From assembly GCA_002633005.1 (NCBI GenBank), contig NMRA01000128.1:237165-301164 (forward strand): a DNA stretch of 64,000 nt, read 5' to 3'. Origin of the DNA: Phoronis australis (lineage: Eukaryota; Animalia; Phoronida). Under the pieces are notes generated by a model, which did no database searches, had not been told where the DNA came from, and saw only the letters and a program-made list of their open reading frames with translations. The position numbers were made by a program, and so were the translations under genes. Shown here piece by piece: positions 52,001 to 63,965 of this stretch; the first letter of the stretch is position 1; each line of letters begins with the position of its first letter.

Positions 52001-52321
52001 AAATCTCCAAAGTAATATAAGTAGCGAACCTGATACTAAAAAACACACAGTCATCTGAGAAGAAAACATGACAAAATAGCCACCAGTTTGGCACAAGATG
52101 TTGGCTTCCGTAACGTTCCATAATACGAATAACAATAGTGCCAGCCCTTGGAGGAAATAGGAGGCATCCAAAAACAACATAAAATATTTCATAACGATCG
52201 TAAATCCTTTCGGGAACGTTCCAATGCGATACACAAAAAGCAACAAGTTGCCTAGTAGTCCTAAGCTGGCCACAACACTTAGAACGTAATCCGCAACCAC
52301 TATGTCTGCTTCAACAGCCAT
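46051..52321 (-). CDS. LGR/RXFP-like 7TM domain fused to a TKL (TGF-beta receptor-like) pseudokinase with large C-lobe insert, ~1136 aa, 5 exons
   Basis: Exons (minus): 52321-51395 (7TM, donor GTGAGT, phase 0), 51073-50832 (kinase N-lobe, phase 2), 48893-48692 (hinge to catalytic loop, phase 0), 48446-46548 (DFD, subdomain IX, insert, phase 0), 46191-46051 (subdomain XI, TGA). All canonical GT-AG, 3411 nt, no stops. 7TM: LLGNLL, CQTGGYFVMFSSQMTV, TCLP, GWQFS, AKRISIALFIETACWI, HPIL. Kinase: LLKVY, WKTEKD, VEYAKHGNLRQFL, DIANGLHHVH, HNKLTSSS, IGDFD, RHLAP, DIRSYSLVLLEM, ETW...PPSAASIL. Confidence 0.82.
50146..51025. repeat. 425-bp near-identical direct duplication flanking N at 50571 (probable haplotype-overlap assembly artefact)
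   Basis: 50146-50570 vs 50601-51025 differ at about 3 substitutions; copy 1 ends exactly at the N. Confidence 0.9.
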
Positions 52322-55300
52322 ATCTTTTCCTCGTTGCCTTAAATAGTCCTATTTTTTCATATATATTTCACGCGGACCGTCAAAGGTTGCGCGCTGCACG
52401 TTATAGTTCCCGACGCCGTGTATCCGGCACAATAATTGACGGTAGTCATCGATGGTATGTACATTGTAATGTTCATCAGACATGCAGTATCGACCAACCT
52501 GCAATCACAAATCAATGCGACGTGTTTATGGTACTGAGAAAATATACAACTGATTCGCAACAGGATAAAGACTACTTTTTACATTTCCTAGAATTCGCAA
52601 TGCCTGATTCATGAAGTTATCTTTTTTGAAACTTTGCACGGTGTTAAAAAATTACAAGACCAATACCCAATATTGTGTGAACAAAGTGCAGTGATGGTTT
52701 ATTTCTTTGCCATTTTGAGTAAAACAGTTACGTTTCACCTAAACAAATTCACGAATAAATTACACGATGTATGAATATTTCTCCACAGAAGTGCAGATCG
52801 TGATAAGCAATTATAGGTTTAGAAATCTACTGTGGCGCGAAATTGTTGGAATTAATTATGTGGTGCACTGTTAAACTTTGGACTGGTTATTTTATGAATA
52901 GAACAGCAGTGTATTAATGAATAATTCCACAAAAGCACGTCACTATACCATAAACATACAGTGACGTCTCGTTCGAATTAGAAAATGTTGCAACTTTCTG
53001 GTGCCCTAGCTTATCACTAAAGCGGACGCTAAAAATGCACACCACCTAACGCATGACACCGACTTTGTTGTGTTTCACCGGAGTTTACTTTGACTAGTTA
53101 TTGGTACAAAATACCTATTGATAAATAAAATGAAATAAAACGGCAGCAGTTCTGTCATAAAAACAAAACAACTCAATACCCTCAAAATTGAAATTAAAAT
53201 AAAACATTATCTTGATGTTGAGACTTGAGAGTACCAGTGCACGCAAGCACAAAGTCAAATATTCCAAAATTTCCTCGATGTATGATCTCTTTGCAAAACT
53301 CACCTGTCCCATACATATGCTGTATACTAAATCGACACCTGAGTTGTAGCAGAGCGATCTACACACGACTGCTAACGTTCATAGACTACAAGCACCTAAG
53401 CGACAACTCGGTCCATTTGATAGATGTTGATCTCCGAATATCTTTTGAACCCTTTTAGTTTGCTCACACGTCATTACGGAATATACGACAAAGGCGTAAG
53501 AGTTATACGCTTATAATAGGCGCGTAACAGCCTATCGACCAATGATTAGGGATCCCGGGAAGAATTAATGGGCGTGGATAATTGCACGATATAACATGTT
53601 GACGACTTCTGTGGGCAACATGTAAAAGTTTTATGGATTTAATATTTAAATCAAACCTCTGGTGACACAGAACGTCGCTCTGGTAATGCTCGCAGTGTGA
53701 GGGAGTTTCGACAGTACAATGGATATTTATGGCGCAAGTCACTTGTGCACCTTTCCAATTACGCGACTTGTTTTGACTAGTTTCCAACTACTAATGCCTT
53801 CTCTGAGAATGAAAAACAAAATCGGACATAAGTGTCTATGCTGTATGTTCAATAAATATCATTTTCTTTGTATTAGTAATCATTTGGGGTATTACAACAT
53901 TGTCAAGACATTATGTCAAACTTATTTACTCCTAAAACAACCTACAACAGAATTTTACCAGATGTTGGTCATTTTAAGGTGATGAGCAATATTCATTACC
54001 AGGGACCGAATTTCTTTATTAACTTTCTCAGGTCAATATTAGAGAAGTTCAACTATACAAATTTAAAATCCTTGATCGTCATAAATTATGTCTTTTAATC
54101 GTTCGCTGTCAAAAATGAAGACGTTAACATTCCTTAAAAAACAGAAGTCTTGACGTTTGACAGCCGAAGTCTCGGACTAAAAAGGCCTTAAAAAATCCCA
54201 GACATACTTCTGTAACTAATAGAATTGAGAAACATAAGTTTGTAAGTTTCCTGTGCAAAACAGTGTTTGTGGAAAATACGGCGATCTCCGTGAAAAAAAC
54301 GCAGTCACGTGATTACGAACATTTGTGAAGTGCTTTCGCCCCCATAACGTTCTGTGATGATCAAGGATTAAAAGTTTACAGTTTTACAGACCTACTATTA
54401 AGATTTTAAAAAATCCTTTGAGAAATTCAATCCTTGGTAATGAAGGCAGCCTATAATCTTATTACTTGTGGTATTTATGGGCAGCGTAACCTGCAAACAT
54501 TGTTTAAGAATAAAAAATGCTATTTAATAAATTCAATCCCATTTGAAATAAAAATCAATCCTATTTTGTAAATTGAATGCTATCCAATCAATTCAATCCT
54601 ATAAGTAAGTGGCAGAAATTGACGGGAATATGTCTTTTAAAGATAACCAAAGATCTGTACATGTGTTTTTTTCTAAAGGTAACATCAAAACCGGCTCCTT
54701 TCTCCCTAAAGTCCAAAAATTGTTTGGGAAATAAATTCGATCTTTGATAACGAAGGCAGCCTGTTACCTTAATTGAAGCTTGAAATTCATTTCAATTTGC
54801 TCGCATTTGATTTTTTTAAACCAGCAAAAGTACGTTCATATTGGCCACGACACAGTGTGAGTAAAAGTTCTACAACTGGAATACGACCTGACTTTGAATC
54901 TTTTATAAAACACAGAAAGTCTACCGAAAAACAAATAAACACATTTACTTAGTAAAGGTAATGATGACGTTACTGACCCAGAAACCACCGACTGTTAAAC
55001 GCTGATCATAACTTCAAGAAGTTGAGGTCGAGTTTTGTATCAACAAAAGTACTATACGGGAAATAAATAGGTGTGATATCAAAACAAGTCTTAGCGGAGT
55101 TATCTTCTAAGTAAACAAGTTGGTTCTGAGAAGAGCTACATGTTTAGGACGGATATTATAACGAAAGCAAACAGTTTAAAAGCATATTGCTATGACGTAA
55201 TGGAAGCTCCTGGGCATCTCCATTTAAACGTTGTTGTTCCAGTCAACCTTGGCTTTGATTGGCGGTCCACCACATTTGGCGTTTAATGGACAGATATCAG

Positions 55301-55644
55301 CTTTCCAGAGGAGAAATGAAAACAGTCAAGGATCTTTGATTGTGGTGGATAAGGGTAATTTAACATTCTTGTTTGGTTAATAGTCCTGTGACCCGAACAG
55401 GACCTGAACTATGGACTAAAGGCAAGCTTATGGCGAAGCCGTTTGTGAAGACATGTGCTACGATGCAGGTTAAAAAAAATATTCTCGTGAATTTTAGAAG
55501 CAATTCTAAAAATAGTAATGGTCCTGTCATGCATTTCTAAGTAAGCACTTGTTGGCTGTTATTTCCTGGAGGCTTTTTTAACCTTTGATGAAGTCTAGAC
55601 GTACTTGGCTTTTTATAGGCACAATTGTGCCACCACCACGTACG

Positions 55645-55735
55645 ACTTGTTTACAAAGTCACCAATGAATAGACCTTGTAAACACTCCGTGACGTCACAG
55701 AGTAGATAATATAACTCGATGCTCTATAAAGGGCA
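55645..55735 (+). promoter_or_regulatory. TATA promoter of the LRR gene with palindromic CRE, CCAAT and two forkhead sites
   Basis: TGTTTAC (55648), CCAAT (55662), GTAAACA (55678), GTGACGTCAC (55689-55698), TATAAA (55725-55730), about 70 nt upstream of the ATG at 55797. Confidence 0.65.
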
Positions 55736-55796
55736 GAAGAAACAGCTGGTTTCAGAAATTTTCAGCATCTTAATCAAGATTACACTGAGACAAGGC

Positions 55797-58374
55797 ATGA
55801 TCGGTAAGTAGGAATAGTCTCAAATAAAAAATATCGTCAGGTGATGAAACGAGACAACTTTACTCAGGATTTAACTGTTCACATCCACTGTACTATGTTG
55901 TCTATCACCTCACCACTGAGGGCAGGTTCCAACTCAACGTGTCGAGCAGTTTCCCGTCTCAGTGAACATGTAAGTAAAACGGTAATGTATATCCACAACG
56001 TCGCATTGACAAAAAGAATTAATAATGGGACGTCATTTGTTACCATGCAGCGTATCGAAAAGCACCAGACAATTTGTTACTTCAAAAAATGCGATAGTAC
56101 TGAGGTTCAGGTGCGTGATTCAGAGTCAGGAGCGCATCACCTGCACTGGGTATACCTACACCTGGCTCAGTAAAAGTCGAAGGAAAGGGTTTTAATGACG
56201 ATGGTCCTGCAAGCGAGTTTGCTTCCGCTGTCCGTTGATGCAGCAGACAGTCCTACTGAACCATAAGGTTCAAACAAACTGTTATGTTTAGGTATGCTTG
56301 CTATAAGGCAGCTGATCCAGGTTATTCCTGGACACTTCAACCTAACTCGGCACCGTAACATCACAGGCCACATATCATGTTCATTGTGTCTCAACTTTGG
56401 CTTGGAGGCCGAGACTCCTCAACATCTGTGGTGGAGATTTCCCCTGCCTACAATAGACACCGTAATTTACTACTTGGTGGACATTAGTTCATACAAGTTT
56501 AGTCTTTCTGTCTTTCAGTGCCACAAACGGGCAGATTGGAAGATTTTAGCCATGAGGAATCCGGTGATGTCGTGTCGCTATGAGTCATAATCAGGCCGGG
56601 TGATAATGGGCCCGGCCTTGTGACCTAAACACGCCTGATGTACCTCAAAAGGCATCGGGCCACCTGCACCTTTTTTGAGTTTGCTTCCTCTGTCAGCCTC
56701 GCACATCCCCTACGGGATGGATAATGTGGTTTCAGTTTATAATGATCTGAGCGACATGATTTTAATATTAATTATTTATATTAATCAGCACAATATGATT
56801 TTAATCATTACAATAATTATAATTACGCGCGTTTAGTTTCAGCGGTTCGAGGATTCCAGGCCCTGGCCATCGCCACTTTGATAGCGGTCAATATGGTGGA
56901 GTCCACGTGTCCGGGAGGGTGCGAGTGTAGCTACGAGCGTGCACAGGTGTATTGTTCCTACGTTACTAGGGTACCAACGCGGATTCCTGCAGGAACTCGC
57001 CAACTAGTCATCTACGGTGGCAATATACAGGCCATCGATCACAACGACATGATCGCTGTCAGGGACGTCGAAGAGCTCATTATACAACACACAGGGCTAG
57101 AACTGGTTGCGCCGGGGACATTCCAGGGGTTCAACAGGTTGAGGAAGTTGGACTTGTCAAAAAACCTGCTTGAAGTTGTGGACGACTATTCCTTTGTAGG
57201 ATGTCCAAGTCTTACACATCTTGTACTTTTTGAGAATAGGATTAAAGTGTTGCGACCTCGTGCATTCTACAACGTATCGACTTTAGAAAGACTGGACCTC
57301 TTCTCGAACAATTTGGCAGTTATACCACGAGATATATTCCGTCACCTAACCTGCTTGACGAGAATCTCTTTAACAAAGAATATTATAGAAACAATTGAAC
57401 CAGGCGCTTTCAGAGGAGTGGAATCTCTGACGGAGTTAAACTTGTGGGACAACCGGTTACAAGACATACCAGTTGACGCTTTCCTTGGACTAAAACGTTT
57501 AGAAAAACTAGTCCTCAAAAGGAATATCCTAACGTCTATATCCAGTGGCGTTTTTGTACCTCTTCGTTCATTGAGAACCTTGGATTTGAGATCAAATAAG
57601 TTAGTTTTGAGGAGTCAAACGTTCAGTTCCCTCGAGTCTCTGGAAGAACTCATGATAGGCTCAAATAGCATCTCAGAACTACCCCCGTTTGCCTTCACCG
57701 GCTTGTCAAATTTAACTAAGTTAATCATGGAAGCCAACGAAATCACAAAACTGGAAAGGGGCGTTTTCAGTGGCTTGAACCAGTTAGAGTATTTGATCTT
57801 GGATGAAAATCGAATAGATTTCATAGATGATAATGTTTTTGCGCCAATGCAAAATTTGAAAACTTTATCGGTAATGGGAAATGGGCTAAATTTGAAGGAT
57901 GGATCTATATTTAATTGTCTACCTAATTTAAATGTGTTGTATCTAGCCAGAAACGCCTTCACCCAAATTCCGGCTCCAATGAAACTACCAGAACTTAAAG
58001 TCGTGGTCTTTGCTTTCAACCAACTAAGCCGTCTTCCAGCCAAATTGAACTTGGCCAATTCCACAAAACTGGAATTCATCGAATTTTCAGGAAACAAAAT
58101 ATCCACTCTTCTCTCTGAACATATAACTGGATTCCCGCATTTGAAACATCTGGGCATAGCCAACAACAAGATCCACAAATTCAATGAACAAGACCTTAGG
58201 TTAGTGTTCTCAAAGTTGAGGTACTTAGACATTCGCGGTAACCCCATTGTTTGTGACTGTGAGGTTTCATGGTTAAAAAACTTAACCATTGATTATTTTC
58301 CTGAACCAAGATGTGCTAGTCCTCATAACAAAATGTTGTTTTCAGAAACTAAAGTGTCTGATCTTGTCTGTTAG
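55797..58374 (+). CDS. Secreted LRR-only protein (signal peptide, LRRNT, roughly 16-17 LRRs, LRRCT), ~512 aa, 2 exons
   Basis: Micro-exon 55797-55803 (ATG ATC G|gtaagt) splices to tttcag|56843-58374, giving signal peptide MIAVRGFQALAIATLIAVNMVES, LRRNT CPGGCECSYERAQVYC, 24-aa typical LRRs (LxxLxLxxNxL...F) and LRRCT GNPIVCDC...CASP...DLVC*. No TM or GPI tail. Confidence 0.92.
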
Positions 58375-59458
58375 TTTACTTCAGTATAAAATATTGCTCA
58401 TAGTCTGGATACTTTATCATATCAGAATAAATGCAAGGAATCTAACACATTAAACTTAATTCAGGTATTCAGCCACCAGGATGTAAACTCTAAGTGAGGG
58501 CAACTCACATAGTAAGCTATATCAAACAAAAATGCAGTGGTTTACAAAGCCAAAAAATCTGTTTCATTGCCAATGCAGTATTACCATAAAAACAGCAAGA
58601 GTTAACTTGCCTTATTTCACAACCTTTTGTAACAATTGCAAAATAAATTGCCAATGCCAATGTGTGAAACAGGATGTCCCAGGTAATTGGATTGTTATGT
58701 AACCAGCACTTAGTAAAACTTCAAGTATTCCTATGTTACTTTTAGTTTTTCTATTTTCTAAAAATCAAGTGTTCAAAAGCAGTTCTGCATAGATCAGAAC
58801 CATGCATTTTGACTTGATAAACACCTGTATATTGCTGATTGAAGTGTCACCTCCATACATGGCTTCAAACCAGTTTTGAAAAAACGAATCTTTGCCTAGC
58901 ACCACAACGTGTTTAGTAAACCCAGCTTTGCTCAAGCTTCGAGTACAGCTTTGTTTCACTGAACAAACTTTCAAATTCATACGATTTAAATGTCATAAAA
59001 GAGACCAGCTTTAACTAGAGGGATTTAAAATGGTGTTGCTTACTGCCCAGGTTACCAGTTCAAATGGAGATGTTTAGGGCCACCACATTTGGATAGCTAT
59101 GAGATCAGCAGTGTGGCTCACATGATCATAGCTCAACGCTGGTTATCTGTGTTCAAAGAGGCAAATGTTCACTGTTCTGTGAACTAGTTGGATAAGCATT
59201 TAGCTCACCTTGCAACATACTATGAGGATTTATACTGGTCTCCTGACACAAATCATCACAGTTCACTTTGCAACAGATGGAAGCCATGAGCTGAACTCAT
59301 TTGCATTAGACACCAGTTACATTCCTGTTTCAAATTAGATAGCATATAGCATTTTGTTAGCAAGTAGGGTGTTGTGACCAACTAGTAACTTTTATAACTT
59401 ACAGGATGTATTTTATTTACTCATTTATACTGTACAAAAACAGAAACAAATTTTAGCA

Positions 59459-60517
59459 TGAATATTTCCAATACTAAAGTCTACCTGTTAATAAAGACCT
59501 GGAGGTACCTGCGGTGCTTTTCTTGGGCCAAATACCCTTCACAGATGAATTGAACATGCCAAATAGGTTAAACTTAGGATCTGTGAATAACTTACTGGGG
59601 GTGTGATAGGGTGGTCACACAAACATGACCCTGGCACGTGTGATTAGTAACTGCCACACCGACCTCCTAATCAGACCAGACTTTAGCAGCAGTCTTTGAA
59701 CACTTTTAATAGCAAATAATAGAACAGTCCTGTGCTCAACCTCTTCGATGGATCTCTACTGCCGACACAATACGGCAACTTTCTCATGAAGGAAGGTTGT
59801 AACAAGACACAGCTCCACCAGTCAGCAATGCTACAAAAGCACATGAGTAGGTGTACTATGCATGAACCACAATTGTTGGACCACCATTACACAATCATTT
59901 CTAGCTCACGGGCGTACTCGATTGTCTTTTCGGCTAAATCAAAGGCTGGTACATGTTCATCTACATTCTTTTCTTCTTGGACAAAGTNTGAATATTTCCA
60001 TTACTAAAGTCTACCTCTTAATAAAGACCTGGAGGTACTTGCGGTGCTTTTCTTGGGCCAAATACCCTTCACAGATGAATTGAACATGCCAAATAGGTTA
60101 AACTTAGGATCTGTGAATAACTTACTGGGGGTGTGATAGGGTGGTCACACAAACACGACCCTGGCATGTGTGATTAGTAACTGCCACACCGACCTCCTGA
60201 TCAGACCAGACTTTAGCAGCAGTCTTTCAACACTTTTAATAGCAAATAATAGAACAGTCCTGTGCTCAACCTCTTCGATGGATCTCTACTGCCGACACAA
60301 TACGGCAACTTTCTCATGAAGGAAGGTTGTAACAAGACACAGCTCCACCAGTCAGCAATGCTACAAAAGCACATGAGTAGGTGTACTATGCATGAACCAC
60401 AATTGTTGGACCACCATTACACAATCATTTCTAGCTCACGGGCGTACTCGATTGTCTTTTCGGCTAAATCAAAGGCTGGTACATGTTCATCTACATTCTT
60501 TTCTTCTTGGACAAAGT
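59459..60517. repeat. 529-bp near-identical direct duplication flanking N at 59988 (probable haplotype-overlap assembly artefact)
   Basis: 59459-59987 vs 59989-60517 abut the N directly and differ at about 7 substitutions; duplicates most of the PSMD8 last exon and 3' UTR. Confidence 0.92.
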
Positions 60518-63500
60518 GAAAAAAGTTATCGGATCCCACAGTCCAGTTTCTCTACAAAAGAGCAACAAACAAATAGATAAAATAATTCCTATTTCAACAT
60601 AGCCTAAAATGTGGACAGACAAATGAGATGACCTTGCAGATAACCGTTATTCATGGGAAATCAAGATACCACAACCAACTGCTTCTGTCTTTGTTTTCAG
60701 ACAACACTAAAGCAACAAATACACTGCCATAAATCATGTCACTGACAAGTATGTAACAGGAAAAATATATCAGAGCCCCGCATTAATGCACAGCAATTAT
60801 GTACTTAAAGTGGGAATGAAGGGACATTCCATAACATAAACTTTTGATTTAGACCCCTTAGCAGAAAGCAGATTATTTGTCTGCGTTATGTTACCAATAT
60901 CGACCAATAATGAATATGAACGGTGAATGCATAACCAGGTAAGTAGCAAACATCAGCTTTAGAGGCTACAAACCCTTCAGTCACAAAAACCAATTTTGGT
61001 TTAGACCATGTACCATTATGAAATTGGTCGTGAATTGCTCCTTAGTCACATTTGACTTGATATCAGGGCTTGAAAAGAACCGACAGTCTCTCATTGCTCG
61101 AGACCAGGCCCTAAAAGTTGACTTGTCATAGTGTGTCATTTTATGCGTAGAGCGTGATTGGTCTTGAGGAATTAATAACTTTAAATATCTTTGCAAGCCC
61201 AGAAATCACTTGCCATCTGAACGAGGATCAACTTAATACTTGAGTTATATCAGTAAGAGGTCTAAATCAAAAGAAACTACAGTAAAAGTCAGATCCAACT
61301 AGACTACGAGATTTTATCAGTTAGTCGAAATCCGACTTACACGAAGGGCTGAGGGCACAAACAAGAACAAACATACTGTTAAAATTTGTCCGAGTTAAAT
61401 GATAGAATATTCAGCTTTTACAAGTCTGACTTATGGCAGCTTTACTGCATATAGAAGTAAAAATTCAAAAAGCTAATCAACCAATACCTGTTCAGCATAC
61501 TGCTTCATGGGCTTCTGAGAGTCAAAGAACAACATCCTAGCTGCTTCACTAAATGCGATCTTCTCATACGCCTTTTCCATGCAGTCGGCTATTTCACCCC
61601 TGGAACACATCAACGGACTAGTAACAGATATGTAAGCAAACATCGGCAGCATGTACTTCATTCAGACGACCCCTAAAAATAGTTACCCAGCCTAAAACCT
61701 GGTCACGAGCTCTTCCTTACTCACTTCATGGAGGAAGTAAAAAGAGGCAGAGTATTAGAAACAAACGCTGTTTGTTATTCATTAATTCTTTCTGTTGTCA
61801 TTGTTGTTATCCTAATCTGGATTTTGTATGTAACCAAAATTAGCAAATGTTCAGCAAAGCGAAAAGAATATCGATTGAATTTATGTGTGTGGAATTTGCA
61901 ACAAATGCTAGCCATTCATTAACTAGCAGTATCTATTTTCAAAAACTTTGGGAGTAAAGACGGTGGTTTCATGGTGATGAAGCAAGTGTCACTGGAATTC
62001 ATGTCTTTACAACACACCAGAAAACTGACCTCACTCACCTGATGGTGTTGAGTAGAATGTCCATGAAATAGTTGTAACTGTCTGCTGGTACATTCCCTTT
62101 GGCTAAAAATATCTAAAGAAAAAACACAAAATTAATGATATTTTTATCACACATTCTAGCTAACCTAACAAATAACAAGTGGCCCATACTGACTTTGGGT
62201 AATAACATAATTACATTCCTTGACAAATAGTACTTAAAGGTTATGTACAACCTTAACGACAAATCTGTACATTTAGTGATGTAACTCCAAAAGGATAACT
62301 CATCAAAAGTATATATTTCCCGAAAGTATAAAAGTGTAGAATTTGATTTTTGACTTTACACCAATCTGCCACTAACTAGTTCATGTGGCCTTGCTTTTCT
62401 CAAAAATTTTACCCAAAAAGAAAGGTAGATTCATAACAAAACAACAGGATCAATAACATGACGAAATTTTGTATGATATAAATGTTCATAAAATCAAAAA
62501 CACTGTTACAGTTTTTCTTTTATGCAATTTAAAATTTTAATTTCATAAAAATCATAAAAGTCCCAGTTTTTGATAGCCCCTCATGCAAAGTGAAACACTC
62601 AACAAACCATTCCTAACAGCGTTTTGGAGAACAGTGTATAAAGCACATTATAACACAATATTAGCGTCAAATGGCAGATACAACCGTGTAATAACCCATA
62701 AAGTTATCTCACTAGTGAGATAACGATTTGGTGGGAAACCGAGGACGGAGTCAAACCAGGGACCCTTGCATTGCTGGTTGCCGACTTTACCACTGCACCA
62801 TGCAGCAACTGACGTCATCAAGAGTGAAAATAGAATACTTAAATGAGCACGCTCAATAATCGCATGTTCAACAAACCACATTGTACTGTACTTATACGCT
62901 ACGAAAAGTAAGACAGATAATTTCCATAAAAATGATATCTTAATTCAGTGAAATTTTTCTCTCATGTCCTCTTACTTGTAAATCACCGATCTCCAGTTTG
63001 AATGCGGGTATCGTGTCGTCAGGATCTTTGACTTGAGAATTATATTCAGTTACCAGTAACCTACTTTAGCAGACGATAATTTCCCGGTCGAAGCTTAGCG
63101 TGAAAAAAACGTGTTTTAAGCTATAATAGTTGGTAAACCTTAATCTATGAATNCCCGGGCCTCTGACATAGAAAGTAGTTACAAAGCCGTGGAGAGTCAG
63201 AAAAGGTAAATCGATTCATTGCAATGTTTCTCGTTTAGTATGTGGTATAAATAGATTATTACATGTTCTCAGCCGTTATCCCCCTTATCTAGAGCCCTCA
63301 TGGATTTTGGAGAATTTTCACCCTCGGGGCTAATGCCCCTCGGGCGATAATTCTCCAAAATCCACTCGGGCTCTAGATAACGGGGGATAACGACTTCGCC
63401 ATGTAATAATCTATATGTATCTAGAAATTCATCTGAATCTGATCGGCACTGGAAGTGTTATTTGGGATTGCTTAAAATGTACTAACAGCTAGCTGTCACA

Positions 63501-63965
63501 AAACTGTACAAACCTTGTTGAAACTTCCTTCCATTAAATATTGCTCCATGGAAACAGGGTGCTTGATGTAGATATTGTGGTGAATATCTTTAGTTGGCAA
63601 AAGCTCCAGTTCCTGTAACATACATAGACTAATCATTACGTAACCTCCACTAGAAAGGACTGACCATATCCAATGAAAATTTAACTTAACCTGTACAATG
63701 AAACTAGAATACATTTCTCTATGAGCATATGAAACACTGACCACAATGCTGGCATTAACTATATCTCAAGGTACATGAATGAAGTCTTGGTAAAATACAA
63801 GGCGACATATTTCCATCATGATTCACAGGAACAGGAAGTAATGTCTATGGTTAGTTCTGGATCCCACTTACTGTGTGAAACTCGGCCAATCTGTTCTGTG
63901 CCAAAAGACATAAGAGATTCAGTCCTAATAATTGGTACTTGTAGGCAGAATCGGGCAAATCATCT
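60417..63965 (-). CDS. PSMD8: 26S proteasome non-ATPase regulatory subunit 8 (Rpn12), last five exons; 5' part lies beyond the window
   Basis: Exons (minus): 63965-63872 [31 protein letters not shown]; 63612-63514 ELELLP...[16 protein letters not shown]; 62112-62039 [25 protein letters not shown]; 61599-61488 [14 protein letters not shown]...; 60551-60417 ...[11 protein letters not shown]. Confidence 0.96.
62650..62810 (-). mobile_element. tRNA-derived SINE in PSMD8 intron
   Basis: Minus strand A-box TGGTGCAGTGGT (62800-62789) and B-box-like GGTTTGACTCC (62757-62747) at tRNA spacing, followed by a non-tRNA body. Confidence 0.6.
63251..63414. mobile_element. 164-bp palindromic MITE in PSMD8 intron
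   Basis: atagattattacatg...cgttatccccc-ttatctagagccc...tggattttggagaatt...ggggc taat gcccc...aattctccaaaatcca...gggctctagataa-gggggataacg...catgtaataatctat: near-perfect foldback with a 4-nt loop. Confidence 0.85.

Noticed and set aside
57615-58289. 224-aa antisense ORF
   Set aside because: Shadow of the LRR coding exon on the opposite strand; no recognisable motifs.
59732-60519. Duplicated 85-91-aa plus-strand ORFs
   Set aside because: Antisense to the PSMD8 last exon/3' UTR and duplicated only because of the overlap at N 59988.
62745-62810. tRNA gene
   Set aside because: A and B boxes are present but there is no intact acceptor stem/cloverleaf or poly-T terminator; treated as a SINE head. 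Same for 10100-10170.
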